From an uncultured Gemmatimonadales bacterium (GTDB lineage: Bacteria; Gemmatimonadota; Gemmatimonadetes; Gemmatimonadales; GWC2-71-9), in NCBI GenBank assembly GCA_963748815.1, contig CAVVKJ010000010.1, positions 1,056,001 through 1,120,000 on the forward strand: a DNA stretch of 64,000 bases, read 5' to 3'. The first letter of the stretch is position 1. Every line of letters starts with the position of its first letter. This document shows positions 13,602 through 22,972 of the stretch, piece by piece. Both the position numbers and the translations under genes were made by a program. Under the pieces are notes generated by a model. It searched no databases, was not told the DNA's origin, and was given only the letters and a program-made list of their open reading frames with translations.

Positions 13602-14182
13602 TCCCCGAGCGAGAGGGTGGTCTTCCCGACGGCCCTGCTGTTCGCCGGACCGAGCAGCAGCGCTTCCGGCAGGTCAGGGTAGATGATGCGCAGGGTGTAG
13701 GGCGAATCCTCGGGCGGAGCCACGAAGGCCACGGTGTCGACCGCCGTCTGGCCGGCCTGGACCGGTTCGCGAAAGGTCTTCCCCTCCTGGAACGGCGCGA
13801 CCGCCTCCCCACTCCTTCCGACGAGGCGGAACTGCAGGTAGCCCGGGTACTCGGGCTCACCCTTCGCGTCGCTCCGGGCCTGCACCACGAGCCCGATACG
13901 ATCTTCTTCCATGTCTACCTGTGCGACCGAGAGGTGGAGGTGGCAATCGAAGCCGCAGAACGAGAGTTCCTGACCGAAGGGCAGCACCTTCTGCGGCGCG
14001 AGCGCCCCGGAGAGCACCACGCCGACGAGGTAGACGACCACGAAGCCGCCGGTTCCGATGGCCGCACGCCGGGCGAGTGCGCGGTCCCCCCGTGCCAGGC
14101 CGAAAGCGGTCACGCCGAGTCCGAAGACGAGGAGCAGCGCGGCGCCGATGAGGGCGAGCACTCCGAGAAAATGGGCGAGCAT
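13598..14182 (-). CDS. Membrane-anchored hypothetical protein (2 TM plus exported beta-rich domain)
   Basis: ATG at 14182 with SD GGAGG; two hydrophobic helices, then FCGFDCHLH and a beta-rich domain; stop overlaps the DUF4153 start. Confidence 0.7.
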   Translation of the reverse strand: MLAHFLGVLALIGAALLLVFGLGVTAFGLARGDRALARRAAIGTGGFVVVYLVGVVLSGALAPQKVLPFGQELSFCGFDCHLHLSVAQVDMEEDRIGLVVQARSDAKGEPEYPGYLQFRLVGRSGEAVAPFQEGKTFREPVQAGQTAVDTVAFVAPPEDSPYTLRIIYPDLPEALLLGPANSRAVGKTTLSLGE

Positions 14183-14205
14183 CGGTACGACCTCCGAGGG
14201 GAATG

Positions 14206-14934
14206 TCAGACGGCGGCGCTGAGCGGCAGCCCACCGTAGCGTCGGTTCCGGGCGCGGAACGCGAGCAGCGCCTCGCCCAGTTCTTGTTCGTCGAAATCGG
14301 GCCACATCGTGTCGCTGAAGTAGAGCTCGGCGTAGGCCGACTCCCAGAGGAGGAAGTCGCTCAGCCGCTGTTCGCCCCCGGTGCGGATGAGCAGGTCGAC
14401 CGGCGGCACCGCCGGCCCTCCCCGGCCTTCGTCGCTGACCGCCCGCGCAAACGCCTCGCGGCTCGGTGCCGGCTGGTCCGCCAGGGCGATCGCGGCCGCG
14501 ACGATGGCGTCGCGACCGGAATAGTCGACGGCCACCCGGAGGTGGAGGCGGCGACCGTGCCGGGTGGCCGCCTCGGCGTCGCGGATGGCGGCGAGGAGCG
14601 GCAACGGGAGCCGGTCCCGACGACCAATCACCGAGAGCCGGATTCCCCCGGCGACGCAGCGGGCCGTCTCCCGCCGCAGGTGTTCGCGGAAGAGCCGAAG
14701 CAGCCACCGGACCTCGCGCTCCGGCCGCGCCCAGTTGTCCGAGGAAAAGGCATAGAGCGTCAGCGTGCCGACCCCCGCGAGGGGCGTCGCTTCGACGAGT
14801 CGGCGAACGGCGACCGCACCCGCCTGGTGGCCTGCGGCCCGGGGCAATCCCCGCTGGGAGGCCCAGCGGCCGTTCCCGTCGAGGATCACGGCGAGGTGGA
14901 GGCCCGGGGGCGCGGGGAGGACTCGGTCAGGCAT
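14206..14934 (-). CDS. uppS: cis-prenyltransferase (undecaprenyl diphosphate synthase family), non-canonical context
   Basis: [56 protein letters not shown]. Confidence 0.92.
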   Translation of the reverse strand: MPDRVLPAPPGLHLAVILDGNGRWASQRGLPRAAGHQAGAVAVRRLVEATPLAGVGTLTLYAFSSDNWARPEREVRWLLRLFREHLRRETARCVAGGIRLSVIGRRDRLPLPLLAAIRDAEAATRHGRRLHLRVAVDYSGRDAIVAAAIALADQPAPSREAFARAVSDEGRGGPAVPPVDLLIRTGGEQRLSDFLLWESAYAELYFSDTMWPDFDEQELGEALLAFRARNRRYGGLPLSAAV

Positions 14935-15310
14935 CGCGCGTCCGCTGGATGAGTGCTTCCATGTGATCGAGGTAGGTGGTCAGCGCCTGCCGGCCCTGCG
15001 CGGTCAGGCGATAATCGGTCCGGGGCACCCGGCCGGCGAAACCCTTGCGACAGTCGACGTATCCGGCATCCTCCAGCTTCCTGGCGTGAACGCTGAGGTT
15101 GCCGTCGCTGGTGTCGACGAGGGCCTTGAGTTCGGTGAAGCTGAGCCAGTCGTGTCCGGCGAGCGCGCTGACGATGGCCAGCCGCTTCCGTTCGTGGATC
15201 AGGTGATCGAGGTCGGTGGCGGCAACGGCTCCTCCGCCGTCGACCGCACCGAGCGATGTGACCGACGCGGAGTCTCTGCGCACTTTCCGTGCGGCGGCGT
15301 GCCTAGCCAC
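14927..15310 (-). CDS. Winged-helix transcriptional regulator (ArsR/MarR-like, HTH_34 type)
   Basis: [49 protein letters not shown]. Confidence 0.9.
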   Translation of the reverse strand: MARHAAARKVRRDSASVTSLGAVDGGGAVAATDLDHLIHERKRLAIVSALAGHDWLSFTELKALVDTSDGNLSVHARKLEDAGYVDCRKGFAGRVPRTDYRLTAQGRQALTTYLDHMEALIQRTRDA

Positions 15311-15905
15311 CGTGCCTCCGCGCGATGTAGGTGCCGAATCCGATCTGTACCGCGCCGAAGCCGATGGCCATCCCGAGGTCGCCCCACGCGGGCCAGAAGA
15401 GCGCGACCGCGCCGACGCCCATGAACACGATCCCCATTAGTGGCACCGCCCGCACCGAGAAGGCCCCGCCGGTGACGACCCCCGCCCCATACAGCAGCAG
15501 CCAGGTTCCGGGGAGCAGTGCGCCGCTGCCGGCCGCCCAGAGCGCCGGGGTCAGCAGTGCCCCGACCAGGACGGGGGGGGCGAAGCTCAGCAGGAACTGC
15601 CGCGCCGGCCGCGCGAACGCCGAGCCCTGCAGCCGTCGCGACTTCCGCCCGAGCGACCACGCCCCGATCAGGAAGGCAAGCACCCCCTCGGTGAGCCAGA
15701 CCGCCAGCCACTGCCTGGGGGATGTCGTGCCGGCGGCGAGGCCGGCGGCGGCAAGCGCCGTGAAGCCCATCGTCACCCCGCCCCACCCGGGAACTCCAGT
15801 GAATGCGGTGGCGCGCTCCATCGTGTTCCGGATGAAGGAGAGGTTCTCGCGGGCGCGGTCGCCGAGGTCGGTGGCCGCGCTGGGGGCGGCAGGCTGATCA
15901 GGCAT
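15303..15905 (-). CDS. Conserved multi-TM membrane protein, usual partner of HTH_34 regulators
   Basis: A.ENL.FIR.TMERA..FT.VPGWG N-terminus, about 6 TM helices, [16 protein letters not shown]-terminus. Confidence 0.8.
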   Translation of the reverse strand: MPDQPAAPSAATDLGDRARENLSFIRNTMERATAFTGVPGWGGVTMGFTALAAAGLAAGTTSPRQWLAVWLTEGVLAFLIGAWSLGRKSRRLQGSAFARPARQFLLSFAPPVLVGALLTPALWAAGSGALLPGTWLLLYGAGVVTGGAFSVRAVPLMGIVFMGVGAVALFWPAWGDLGMAIGFGAVQIGFGTYIARRHGG

Positions 15906-15914
15906 TGTTCGGAC

Positions 15915-15943
15915 AGTCTACCGCCCGGACCCATCAACGTCAA
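15915..15943 (-). promoter_or_regulatory. sigma70 promoter, near-leaderless, of the membrane protein-HTH-uppS operon
   Basis: Minus strand TTGACG-17 nt-TAGACT, then only 9 nt to ATG(15905); no SD. Confidence 0.7.
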
Positions 15944-15964
15944 GTACTTTGTGTAACAAAGTAC
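15944..15964. promoter_or_regulatory. Palindromic operator GTACTTTG-N5-CAAAGTAC
   Basis: Perfect 8-bp AT-rich inverted repeat directly abutting the -35 box. Confidence 0.75.
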
Positions 15965-16098
15965 AGCCGCTGTGTCGACCCCTTCCCCTCCGACGTCTCC
16001 CGCTCGTCCCGGGTGAGGTGGGCCGCAGGCTGGCGGACCCACCCAGTTCGGGACAGATTTGGCTCCCCCGACCCACACCCGTCAGCTTCAGGACCTCA

Positions 16099-17208
16099 AT
16101 GCGGATTCGGCGCTTTCTGCTGTGCGCGGCGCTTGCCGTGGGTGCCTGCAGTCATGAGCAGCCGTTCGAGACGGCCGACGTCTCGAGCGACACGCCCTTT
16201 CGACCCGGGCTGCCCACCCAACTGACGTACAACGCCGGCAGCGACCTGCACGCCGCCTGGGCGGATGACGGCCGGTCCTTCCTCTATTCGGCCCAGCTCT
16301 ACGGCCGCCCCGACTTCGATCGCTGCCTCTTCCAGCTCCCCGCCACCGGCGGCTCGAGCCTGGTCACCATCTGCAATCCCAACCCCGCCGCCGCCGACTC
16401 CGCCGACCTCTTCGATATGCCGGCGCTCTACGGCACCGACCGGCTCCTCTTCGTCCGAACCGTCGGCCGCCCCGGCGCCGTCGCTCCCAACACGGGGGGC
16501 GTCTACCTCGGCACGCTGCACGACCCGCTCGCCGCCACGCGGCTCTTCCCCCTGCCCTACGCGATACCCGGCGGCCGCACCCACGGGATGATTTCCACGC
16601 CGCTCTGGGTCAGCCAGAACCGCGCGATGTACGTGGGACAATCGGTGATCTATTCCCGGGAGACCAATGGCGCCCCCCTCGACACCCTCGTCACCGGGCT
16701 CGAAGTCGTCGAGTTGGCCCTGGGCGGGACACAGCCGGCCTTTGCCGTCGTCGCCAGCACGTATGGCGCCAGTTCCGCCGCGCTGTCGACCACCCGCGAC
16801 ACCCTCTACTACACGGTCATCAACGACAGCCGGGTCTTCCGCCTCTCCCTGATCTCGGGGCAGACCACGGTCGCGCATGATTTCGGCGTTCTCGGGATCG
16901 CCCGTGACGTCACCGTCCTCGGCGCACGCCTCGTCGCGGTGGTCGGGGGCGAGGTCGAGTACCACGACGATCCGGTCCTCGGCCCGATCCAGCCCGACGG
17001 CGGGGGGCCGCTCTACTCGGTGGACCTGGCGACCGGCACCGAGCTGCTCCTCCCGACGGACACGCTGCTGTTCTTCCGGCGGCCGGCGTTCGCGCCGACC
17101 GGATCTCCGGTGCGCCTCGTCGCGGAAGGGTATCCGCGCCGAGTCAACCTCACGCGCAACGCGCTCGTGAGCAAAGTGGGCGACCTCTACCTCTACGAGG
17201 CGCCGTGA
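16099..17208 (+). CDS. Lipoprotein, possible TolB-like beta-propeller
   Basis: MRIRRFLLCAALAVGAC lipobox; QLTYN.GSD..AAW..DG..F.YS resembles a PD40/TolB repeat. Confidence 0.65.
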   Translation: MRIRRFLLCAALAVGACSHEQPFETADVSSDTPFRPGLPTQLTYNAGSDLHAAWADDGRSFLYSAQLYGRPDFDRCLFQLPATGGSSLVTICNPNPAAADSADLFDMPALYGTDRLLFVRTVGRPGAVAPNTGGVYLGTLHDPLAATRLFPLPYAIPGGRTHGMISTPLWVSQNRAMYVGQSVIYSRETNGAPLDTLVTGLEVVELALGGTQPAFAVVASTYGASSAALSTTRDTLYYTVINDSRVFRLSLISGQTTVAHDFGVLGIARDVTVLGARLVAVVGGEVEYHDDPVLGPIQPDGGGPLYSVDLATGTELLLPTDTLLFFRRPAFAPTGSPVRLVAEGYPRRVNLTRNALVSKVGDLYLYEAP

Positions 17209-19980
17209 GCGCGCGGCTGCTCACCCTCCTCGCACTGCTCGCGGCGGCGGCCCCGGTCGCGGCGCAGTCCAGCGGGGCCATCGCGGGGGTCGCGCGCGAC
17301 GCGCAGACCGGTGCCCCGCTGGCGCACGTGACCGTGAGCGTGGACAACGGCCGGCGGGGGGCCGTGACCGATTCGGCCGGGCGGTACCGCATCCGCGAGG
17401 TGCGAAGCGGCGTCTACACGCTGCGGGCGGTCCTGATCGGCTACACCCCGCAGGCCAGGGACAGCCTGGTCGTCCGGGCGAACGGCACGACGGTGCTCGA
17501 CCTGGCCATGCAGCCCACCGCCGTCCCGGTGGAGACGATCAACGTACAGGCGGTCCCCGACCCGACGCTCGACCCGCTGGCGGTCGCCACCGAACAGAAG
17601 AAGACGGGCGAGGAGCTGCGCCGCCTCCCCGTCAGTTCGGTCAACGAGGCGATCGCCCTCTCCGCCGGCGCCGTCGGGCAGAGCTACCGGGGCGGCCGCC
17701 TGGGGCAGGAGTCGTTCGTCCTCGACGGGATCGGGGTCAAGAATCAGCTCGACGCGTCGAGCAACTCGCTCGGCATCCGGATCCCGACCACGATGGTCAC
17801 GGAGGCGTCGCTCACCACCAACGCCTTCTCCGCCCGGTACGGCCAGGCGCTCTCCGGCGTCGTCAACGTCGTGACCCGGGACGGCGGCCCGCAGTGGCAC
17901 GGCCTGGCCATGTACGAATCCGACCGGCTCTTCACCGACAACGCCGACTTCGGCCTCGATCGCCTCCTGCTCCAGGCCGACGGTCCGCTCTTCGCCGGCA
18001 TCACCTTCATCGGCGTCATCGACGCGACCGGCCGCCTCGACAACGACCCGGTCAGCGCCCCGGCCCCGACCGACACCCTCGATCCGCGGTACGACGCGGT
18101 CGCCATGCTGCCCGCACAACAGCGGCGAGCAGCTCGACATCGCGGGCAAGCTGTCCATCCCGATCGGGCGGAAGCAGACCCTGCGGCTCTTCGGGCTCTA
18201 CGGCGCCCAGCAGGGACTGCTCTACGACCAGCTCTTCAAGTACGACCTCGGCTTCGCGCCGGCCCAGCGCATTACCGGCGGGCTCGTGACCGCCGACTAT
18301 CAGTACGCCTCGGCGCCCGATGCGGGCACGCCGCTCATCCTCGACGTGCGCGCCGGATGGTACGGCAAGGACTTTCACCGCGGCGACCTGACCGAACAAC
18401 CGGACTACAAGTTCGGCGCCTTCACCGGCCAGACCTTCCACTTCCGGGGGGAGGAAATGGCGGAGCGGCTCGACACCGCGGCGGCGCGGGGGGCCGTCCC
18501 CGGATTCACCTACCCCACCTACAGCACCGCCACGCCGTGGGGCGTGCCCGGGTTCTTCCTGGCCGGCGGTTCCCGCGGCGAGATTGCCTACAACAACTTC
18601 GAGGAACTCCGCACCCAGGTCGACGCCACGATCGGCCTGGGGCACAGCACCGACCTCTACGTCGGCGGACAGTACCTGAACCAGCAGGTGCAGACCTTCC
18701 AGCGCGTCGACGCCTGGGCGCCCGTCGGCGACAGCGTGCCTCCCGCGACCGCGTCGGACTTCAGCCCCCGCGCGGCCTCGCTCTATGCGGAGGCGCAGGC
18801 CCGGCTTGCCGACGTCGCCTTTACCGGCGGACTCCGCTACGACTACTTCGATCCCGGCGCCGACCTCAACAACGACCAGCTCAGCGCGCAGACCTCGCTC
18901 AACCCCCGCTTCGCGGTGTCCACGATCCTGAGCGGGGCCACGCTGGTGGCGAGCTACGGCCGGTTCAGCATGCCCCCCGACCTGCAGTTCCTGGTCGACG
19001 CCGCCTTCGACGACTCGACGCGCACCGGCCGCTACCGCCGCGGCAACCCGAATCTCGGCTTCGAAAACTCCACCCAGTACGAGTTCAGTCTCCGCCTCCG
19101 GCCGCAGCCGAAATTTGCGCTCCGGCTCGGCGCCTACTACAAGCGGCTCGACGGGCTGGTGTCCTCGGTGCCGCTGGGGGTGAACCCCGACAGCTCGATC
19201 TTCGCGAACACCGACTACGGCACGGTAAAGGGCTTCGAGATCCTGGCCACGCGGCCACTGGTCGACGGCTGGGGACTCCAGGTGTCGTATGTCCTGCAGA
19301 GCGCCAACGCATCCTCGACCGACGCGTTCCTCCGCATCCAGTCACCCAGCATCGATCCCAGCACCGGCGACACGCTCTACCCCGCGCGGGTCGAATACCC
19401 GCTCGACTACGACCAGCGGCACGCCCTGACGGCGGTCTTCCAGTCGATGGTCAACCCGGGTGCCGGCCCGACGGTACTGGGCGGCCATCCCCTCGGCGCG
19501 CTGGAGACGGCGCTCGTGGTCCGTTTCGCCTCGGGGCTCCCTTTCACCATGACGAACGCGTCGGGAGACTCGCTGGTCAGCAGCGTCAACGGCCTGCGGC
19601 TGCCGTCGTACACCACCTTCGACCTGCTCATCCGGAAGCCGATCCCCTTCGGCAGCAACCTGGCGAGCATCTACCTCGACATCCGGAACGTCTTCAATAC
19701 GACGACCATCCAGTACGTGCGGCAGGACACCGGCACACCGAACATCGACGCGGACATGCTGGAACAGCAGGCGCGGGACGCGTACAACGCCCACCCCGAG
19801 CCGATCCCCTACGAATCTCCCCGCTACCGCGCCTACGCCGACCTGAACGCCAACGGACGCATCGAGGGAGAAGCGGAGCTGATGCCGCTCTACCTGCGCG
19901 CGGCCCAGGACTACAACACGCCGGTGTTCCAGTACGGGAATCCGCGCCTCCTTCGGCTGGGGCTTGAGGTCGCCTTCTAG
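17205..19980 (+). CDS. TonB-dependent outer-membrane receptor with N-terminal carboxypeptidase-regulatory-like domain (one frameshift near 18110)
   Basis: Signal peptide, G.V.D..TG.PL..V.V, plug YRGGR...LDGI and FSARYGQALSGVVN, barrel GLRYDYF, NVFN, terminal RLGLEVAF; removing one C in CCCGCAC joins the two ORFs. Confidence 0.88.
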
Positions 19981-19981
19981 G

Positions 19982-20611
19982 GTGACGACGCGCGACACCG
20001 CCGAATTGGCGCAGCTCCTGAAGATCGCGTTCTGGCTCGGCGGGTCGATGCTGATCATCGGCCCCGCCGCCATCCTGTTCGCGGCACGGCGCTTCGACCT
20101 CGCCGCCGTCGTCGTCGTCATTCTCCTCCTCCTGCTCCTGCCCGCCACCTGGGGCCTGATCCTCCTTGTGGAGCGGGGCACCGCCCAGGCGTCGCGGGGC
20201 CTGATCACGACGTTGCACGCCGGCAACGCCGACGCGCCGGGGACGGGGTTTTCACGGCAAGAGGCGCTGGTCGCGCAGGGCCGACTGGAGGACGCCGCGG
20301 TCGCCTATCGTCTGCATCTTGCCGACCATCCGAATGATGTCGCCGCACTCGTGGCCCTCGGCCGCCTCCTGGGCGGGCCGCTCGCCGATCCCGAGGGGGC
20401 CGCCGCTGCGTATCGCACCGCGCGACAGTCCCCCGCGAGCGGGGACTGGAACCGGCTCATCTCGAATGACCTGATCGACCTGTACGGGCGGACCGGGCAG
20501 GAGGGAAGGCTGCGGGTGGAGCTGGCCCGATTCGGTGAAACGTATCGCGGCACGAACGCAGGCGACGCAGCGCTCGCGCGGCTGCGCGAATTGAAACAAG
20601 AGGGGGAGTAG
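19982..20611 (+). CDS. Membrane protein with TPR-like helical C-terminal domain
   Basis: Two N-terminal TM helices; FS..EALVAQG..EDAA.AY..HL.DHP, LGRLL...EGAAAAYR. Confidence 0.65.
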   Translation: MTTRDTAELAQLLKIAFWLGGSMLIIGPAAILFAARRFDLAAVVVVILLLLLLPATWGLILLVERGTAQASRGLITTLHAGNADAPGTGFSRQEALVAQGRLEDAAVAYRLHLADHPNDVAALVALGRLLGGPLADPEGAAAAYRTARQSPASGDWNRLISNDLIDLYGRTGQEGRLRVELARFGETYRGTNAGDAALARLRELKQEGE

Positions 20612-20688
20612 CGGGGAAGCGGGGAAGCGGGGAAGCGGGGAAGCGGGGAAGCGGGGAAGCGGGGAAGCGGGGAAGCGGGGAAGCGGGG
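20611..20688 (+). repeat. Tandem octamer repeat (GCGGGGAA)x9 plus GCGGGG
   Basis: Nine exact copies plus a partial one, starting at the last base of the upstream TAG stop. Confidence 0.98.
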
Positions 20689-20786
20689 CCGAAGGTGCGA
20701 TCAACCCCGCGGGGTGTCAACCACTTTGACGGACCCGATCAACCGGGGTGAACTTCCCATCGCGCACGAATGGTTGAATTCGTTTG

Positions 20787-20812
20787 AAAAGGGGTGGGCA
20801 TAAGCCCACCCC
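20787..20812 (-). terminator. Intrinsic terminator downstream of the sco-pcuAC-ctaG operon
   Basis: Minus strand GGGGTGGGC-TTAT-GCCCACCCC-TTTT. Confidence 0.7.
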
Positions 20813-20865
20813 GGTCCGTCCGCCCGCGCATGGGGATGCCACCCACCTCGGGACTCTCGCTTCCC

Positions 20866-20915
20866 ATGGACCCCGGCGACCCTGCCCCGGCGAAAGCCGG
20901 GGGGCCGGGGTGACG
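20866..20915. repeat. Nested REP-like palindrome
   Basis: Outer stem ACCCCGGC/GCCGGGGT enclosing inner CCCCGGC-GAAA-GCCGGGG; minus strand reads CGTCACCCCGGC...GCCGGGGTCCAT. Confidence 0.55.
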
Positions 20916-20991
20916 GCCGGATCACCACGTTCGCGTCTTCGCGTGAGCCCCTATAGACCCCGGCTCCTGCCGGGGCAATGGAAACATCCGC

Positions 20992-21873
20992 CTACCCGCC
21001 CCCCTGCCCCGCGGCCCCGCCAAGTTGTCGCCCCGCCGCCCGCGCGAGCTTCTCCGCCCGGTCCGCCGCCTCCTCCACGCGCTGCCACCGGAAGAAGACG
21101 ATCGCCATCGCCAGCCAGATGATCGGATCGGCCACGGCCTTCATCAGGAGGCCGGCCGCCTGCTGATCGGCGATGGCGGAGATGTCGCTGACGCGTGGCG
21201 CCAGCTCGTAGAGCGCGTAGAGCGGGTAGTCGGCATAGGTGAGGAAGGCGGCCGGGACGATCGGCACGAGCGTACTGAGAAAGAGGTACCCGATTTTCCA
21301 CGGATAGGAGACGCGACTGATGGCCGGGTTCGGTGCAAGCACCGGCCACCACATGACCAGGCCGCCGATCAGCCAGGCGAGGTCCACGACGAAGGAGCCG
21401 GACTGCGTGCGCCGGAACCCGTCCACCACCGGCGGAAGGTGAGATGCGAGCAGGATCGCGTCGGTAATCAGGAGCGCCACCACCGGGCGGGCCAGGAACC
21501 CGAGCAGTCGGCCGACACGCGAGTCGCTTCGTGCGGACAGCGGAAGCCACGCAGGCACGCCGAGGAGCAGGAGTGGCGGCACCACGAGGGTGTAGAGGAT
21601 CCACTGGGCCGTGTGAATGGTCAGGAGGTACCCTGCCCCGAGCGCGCCGATCGGCCAGTCGGTCGCCGCCCAGAGAACGAGCAATCCGACCATGAACCAC
21701 GCCGCCTGCCCGCGGGAAATCGGCGGCCGCCCGGCGGGGGCGTGCAACGGCGCCAATCGTCGAACCAGGAGCGCGAACCCGAGCCCGATTCCCACGACGA
21801 AGAGCCAGACTCCGGGATAGGCCTGCCAGGTCCAGGTCCACGCCACGTCGCGGGCCGCGCACCACCATGTCAT
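20992..21873 (-). CDS. Cytochrome c oxidase assembly protein, caa3-type CtaG family
   Basis: DWPI..LG..YL.T.H..Q, PPLLLLG.P, MWWPV, LY..Y..APR, DQQ.AGLLMK. Confidence 0.85.
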   Translation of the reverse strand: MTWWCAARDVAWTWTWQAYPGVWLFVVGIGLGFALLVRRLAPLHAPAGRPPISRGQAAWFMVGLLVLWAATDWPIGALGAGYLLTIHTAQWILYTLVVPPLLLLGVPAWLPLSARSDSRVGRLLGFLARPVVALLITDAILLASHLPPVVDGFRRTQSGSFVVDLAWLIGGLVMWWPVLAPNPAISRVSYPWKIGYLFLSTLVPIVPAAFLTYADYPLYALYELAPRVSDISAIADQQAAGLLMKAVADPIIWLAMAIVFFRWQRVEEAADRAEKLARAAGRQLGGAAGQGGG

Positions 21874-22298
21874 CGCTCGGCCCCGTACGGCAGCACCGGC
21901 GCGGCGAAGCGGATCTCCTGCCCGCGGGCAAAGCGGGCAACCACTCGCAAGGTGTCACCGGCGACCGGTGCCCGATCGATCCCCTCCATCATGACATGCA
22001 GCCCGCCGGGCTCGAGCGTCACGGTGGAGCGCGGCGGGAGCGCGAGGGCTCCGACGTGCCGCATCTCGACCCGCTCCCCCTCGACGACCTGCTCGTGAAT
22101 CATCGCAACGAGGGTGCCGGCCACCTCGATGTCGACGAGCGTGTCAGGCTCGCTCCCCCGATTTTCGACCGTGAAGTACGCCACCGCGACGTTGCCCAGC
22201 ACCGACTCATAGCTGTAGGCGTCCCGAATCTCGATCGGCGGTCCCTTCGGGGCGCACGCGGTGACGAGCAGCAGGACCCCGGCGAGTCGTCCGGTCAC
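21870..22298 (-). CDS. Copper chaperone PCu(A)C lipoprotein
   Basis: Lipobox VTAC; HE..x..M..x..PGGLHVMM copper-binding motif. Confidence 0.9.
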   Translation of the reverse strand: MTGRLAGVLLLVTACAPKGPPIEIRDAYSYESVLGNVAVAYFTVENRGSEPDTLVDIEVAGTLVAMIHEQVVEGERVEMRHVGALALPPRSTVTLEPGGLHVMMEGIDRAPVAGDTLRVVARFARGQEIRFAAPVLPYGAER

Positions 22299-22936
22299 GG
22301 TTTGTCCGGATAGGCAACGAGGCGGGGAATCTCCTGCGCCCACTCCGATTGCCGCGTGCCGAACGGAAGCGCGAAGCGCGCCATACCGTCGCGGGTGAAG
22401 GCGATCACGTGCGCCGAGTGGGCGACGGTGTACGGACGCCCCTCGACCGACTCCTCCTTGTATGCCGGGGGGAGGCGCATCGCGGTCTGGGCCGAGTCCA
22501 CCTCCGCCTGGGTGCCGGTGAGTCCGACGAACCGCGGGTCGAAATGATCGAGCCAGGCGCGGATCGTCTCCGGGGTGTCGCGCTCCGGGTCGGTTGTGAC
22601 GAACACCACCGTCACCTGGCGCGCCACCGCGTCGGGGAGCTTGTGCAGCGCCGCGGCGATGTTCGCCATGTGCACCGGGCAGATGTCGGGACAGCTGGTG
22701 TATCCGAAGAAGAGGAGAGTCATCGACCCCTCCGTCGCCTCCCGGAACGCGTAGGGGCGGCCCTCGGTGTCGGTCAGGGTGAAGTCGGGCTTCGGGCGGG
22801 GGTTGGGATACTCGCGCGCCGCCGACGCGCCGCCGGCCTCCGGCGTGCCGGCGGAGGGAGCCCGGCGGCCTTCGCAGGCGGTGGCGAGGAGCAGAGCGGG
22901 CGCCAGGAGCGCAATTGCGAATCGAGTGGCGGTCAT
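22295..22936 (-). CDS. SCO1/SenC family copper-binding lipoprotein
   Basis: FFGYTSCPDICP (CxxxC), TDPERDT, conserved His in VAHSA. Confidence 0.93.
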   Translation of the reverse strand: MTATRFAIALLAPALLLATACEGRRAPSAGTPEAGGASAAREYPNPRPKPDFTLTDTEGRPYAFREATEGSMTLLFFGYTSCPDICPVHMANIAAALHKLPDAVARQVTVVFVTTDPERDTPETIRAWLDHFDPRFVGLTGTQAEVDSAQTAMRLPPAYKEESVEGRPYTVAHSAHVIAFTRDGMARFALPFGTRQSEWAQEIPRLVAYPDKP

Positions 22937-22972
22937 CCGGGGAAATCTATCACGGCCCCGCGGCGAACGAGT

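Noticed and set aside
20611..20688. Repeat region as a CRISPR array
   Set aside because: 8-nt units with no spacers, and no cas genes in the window.
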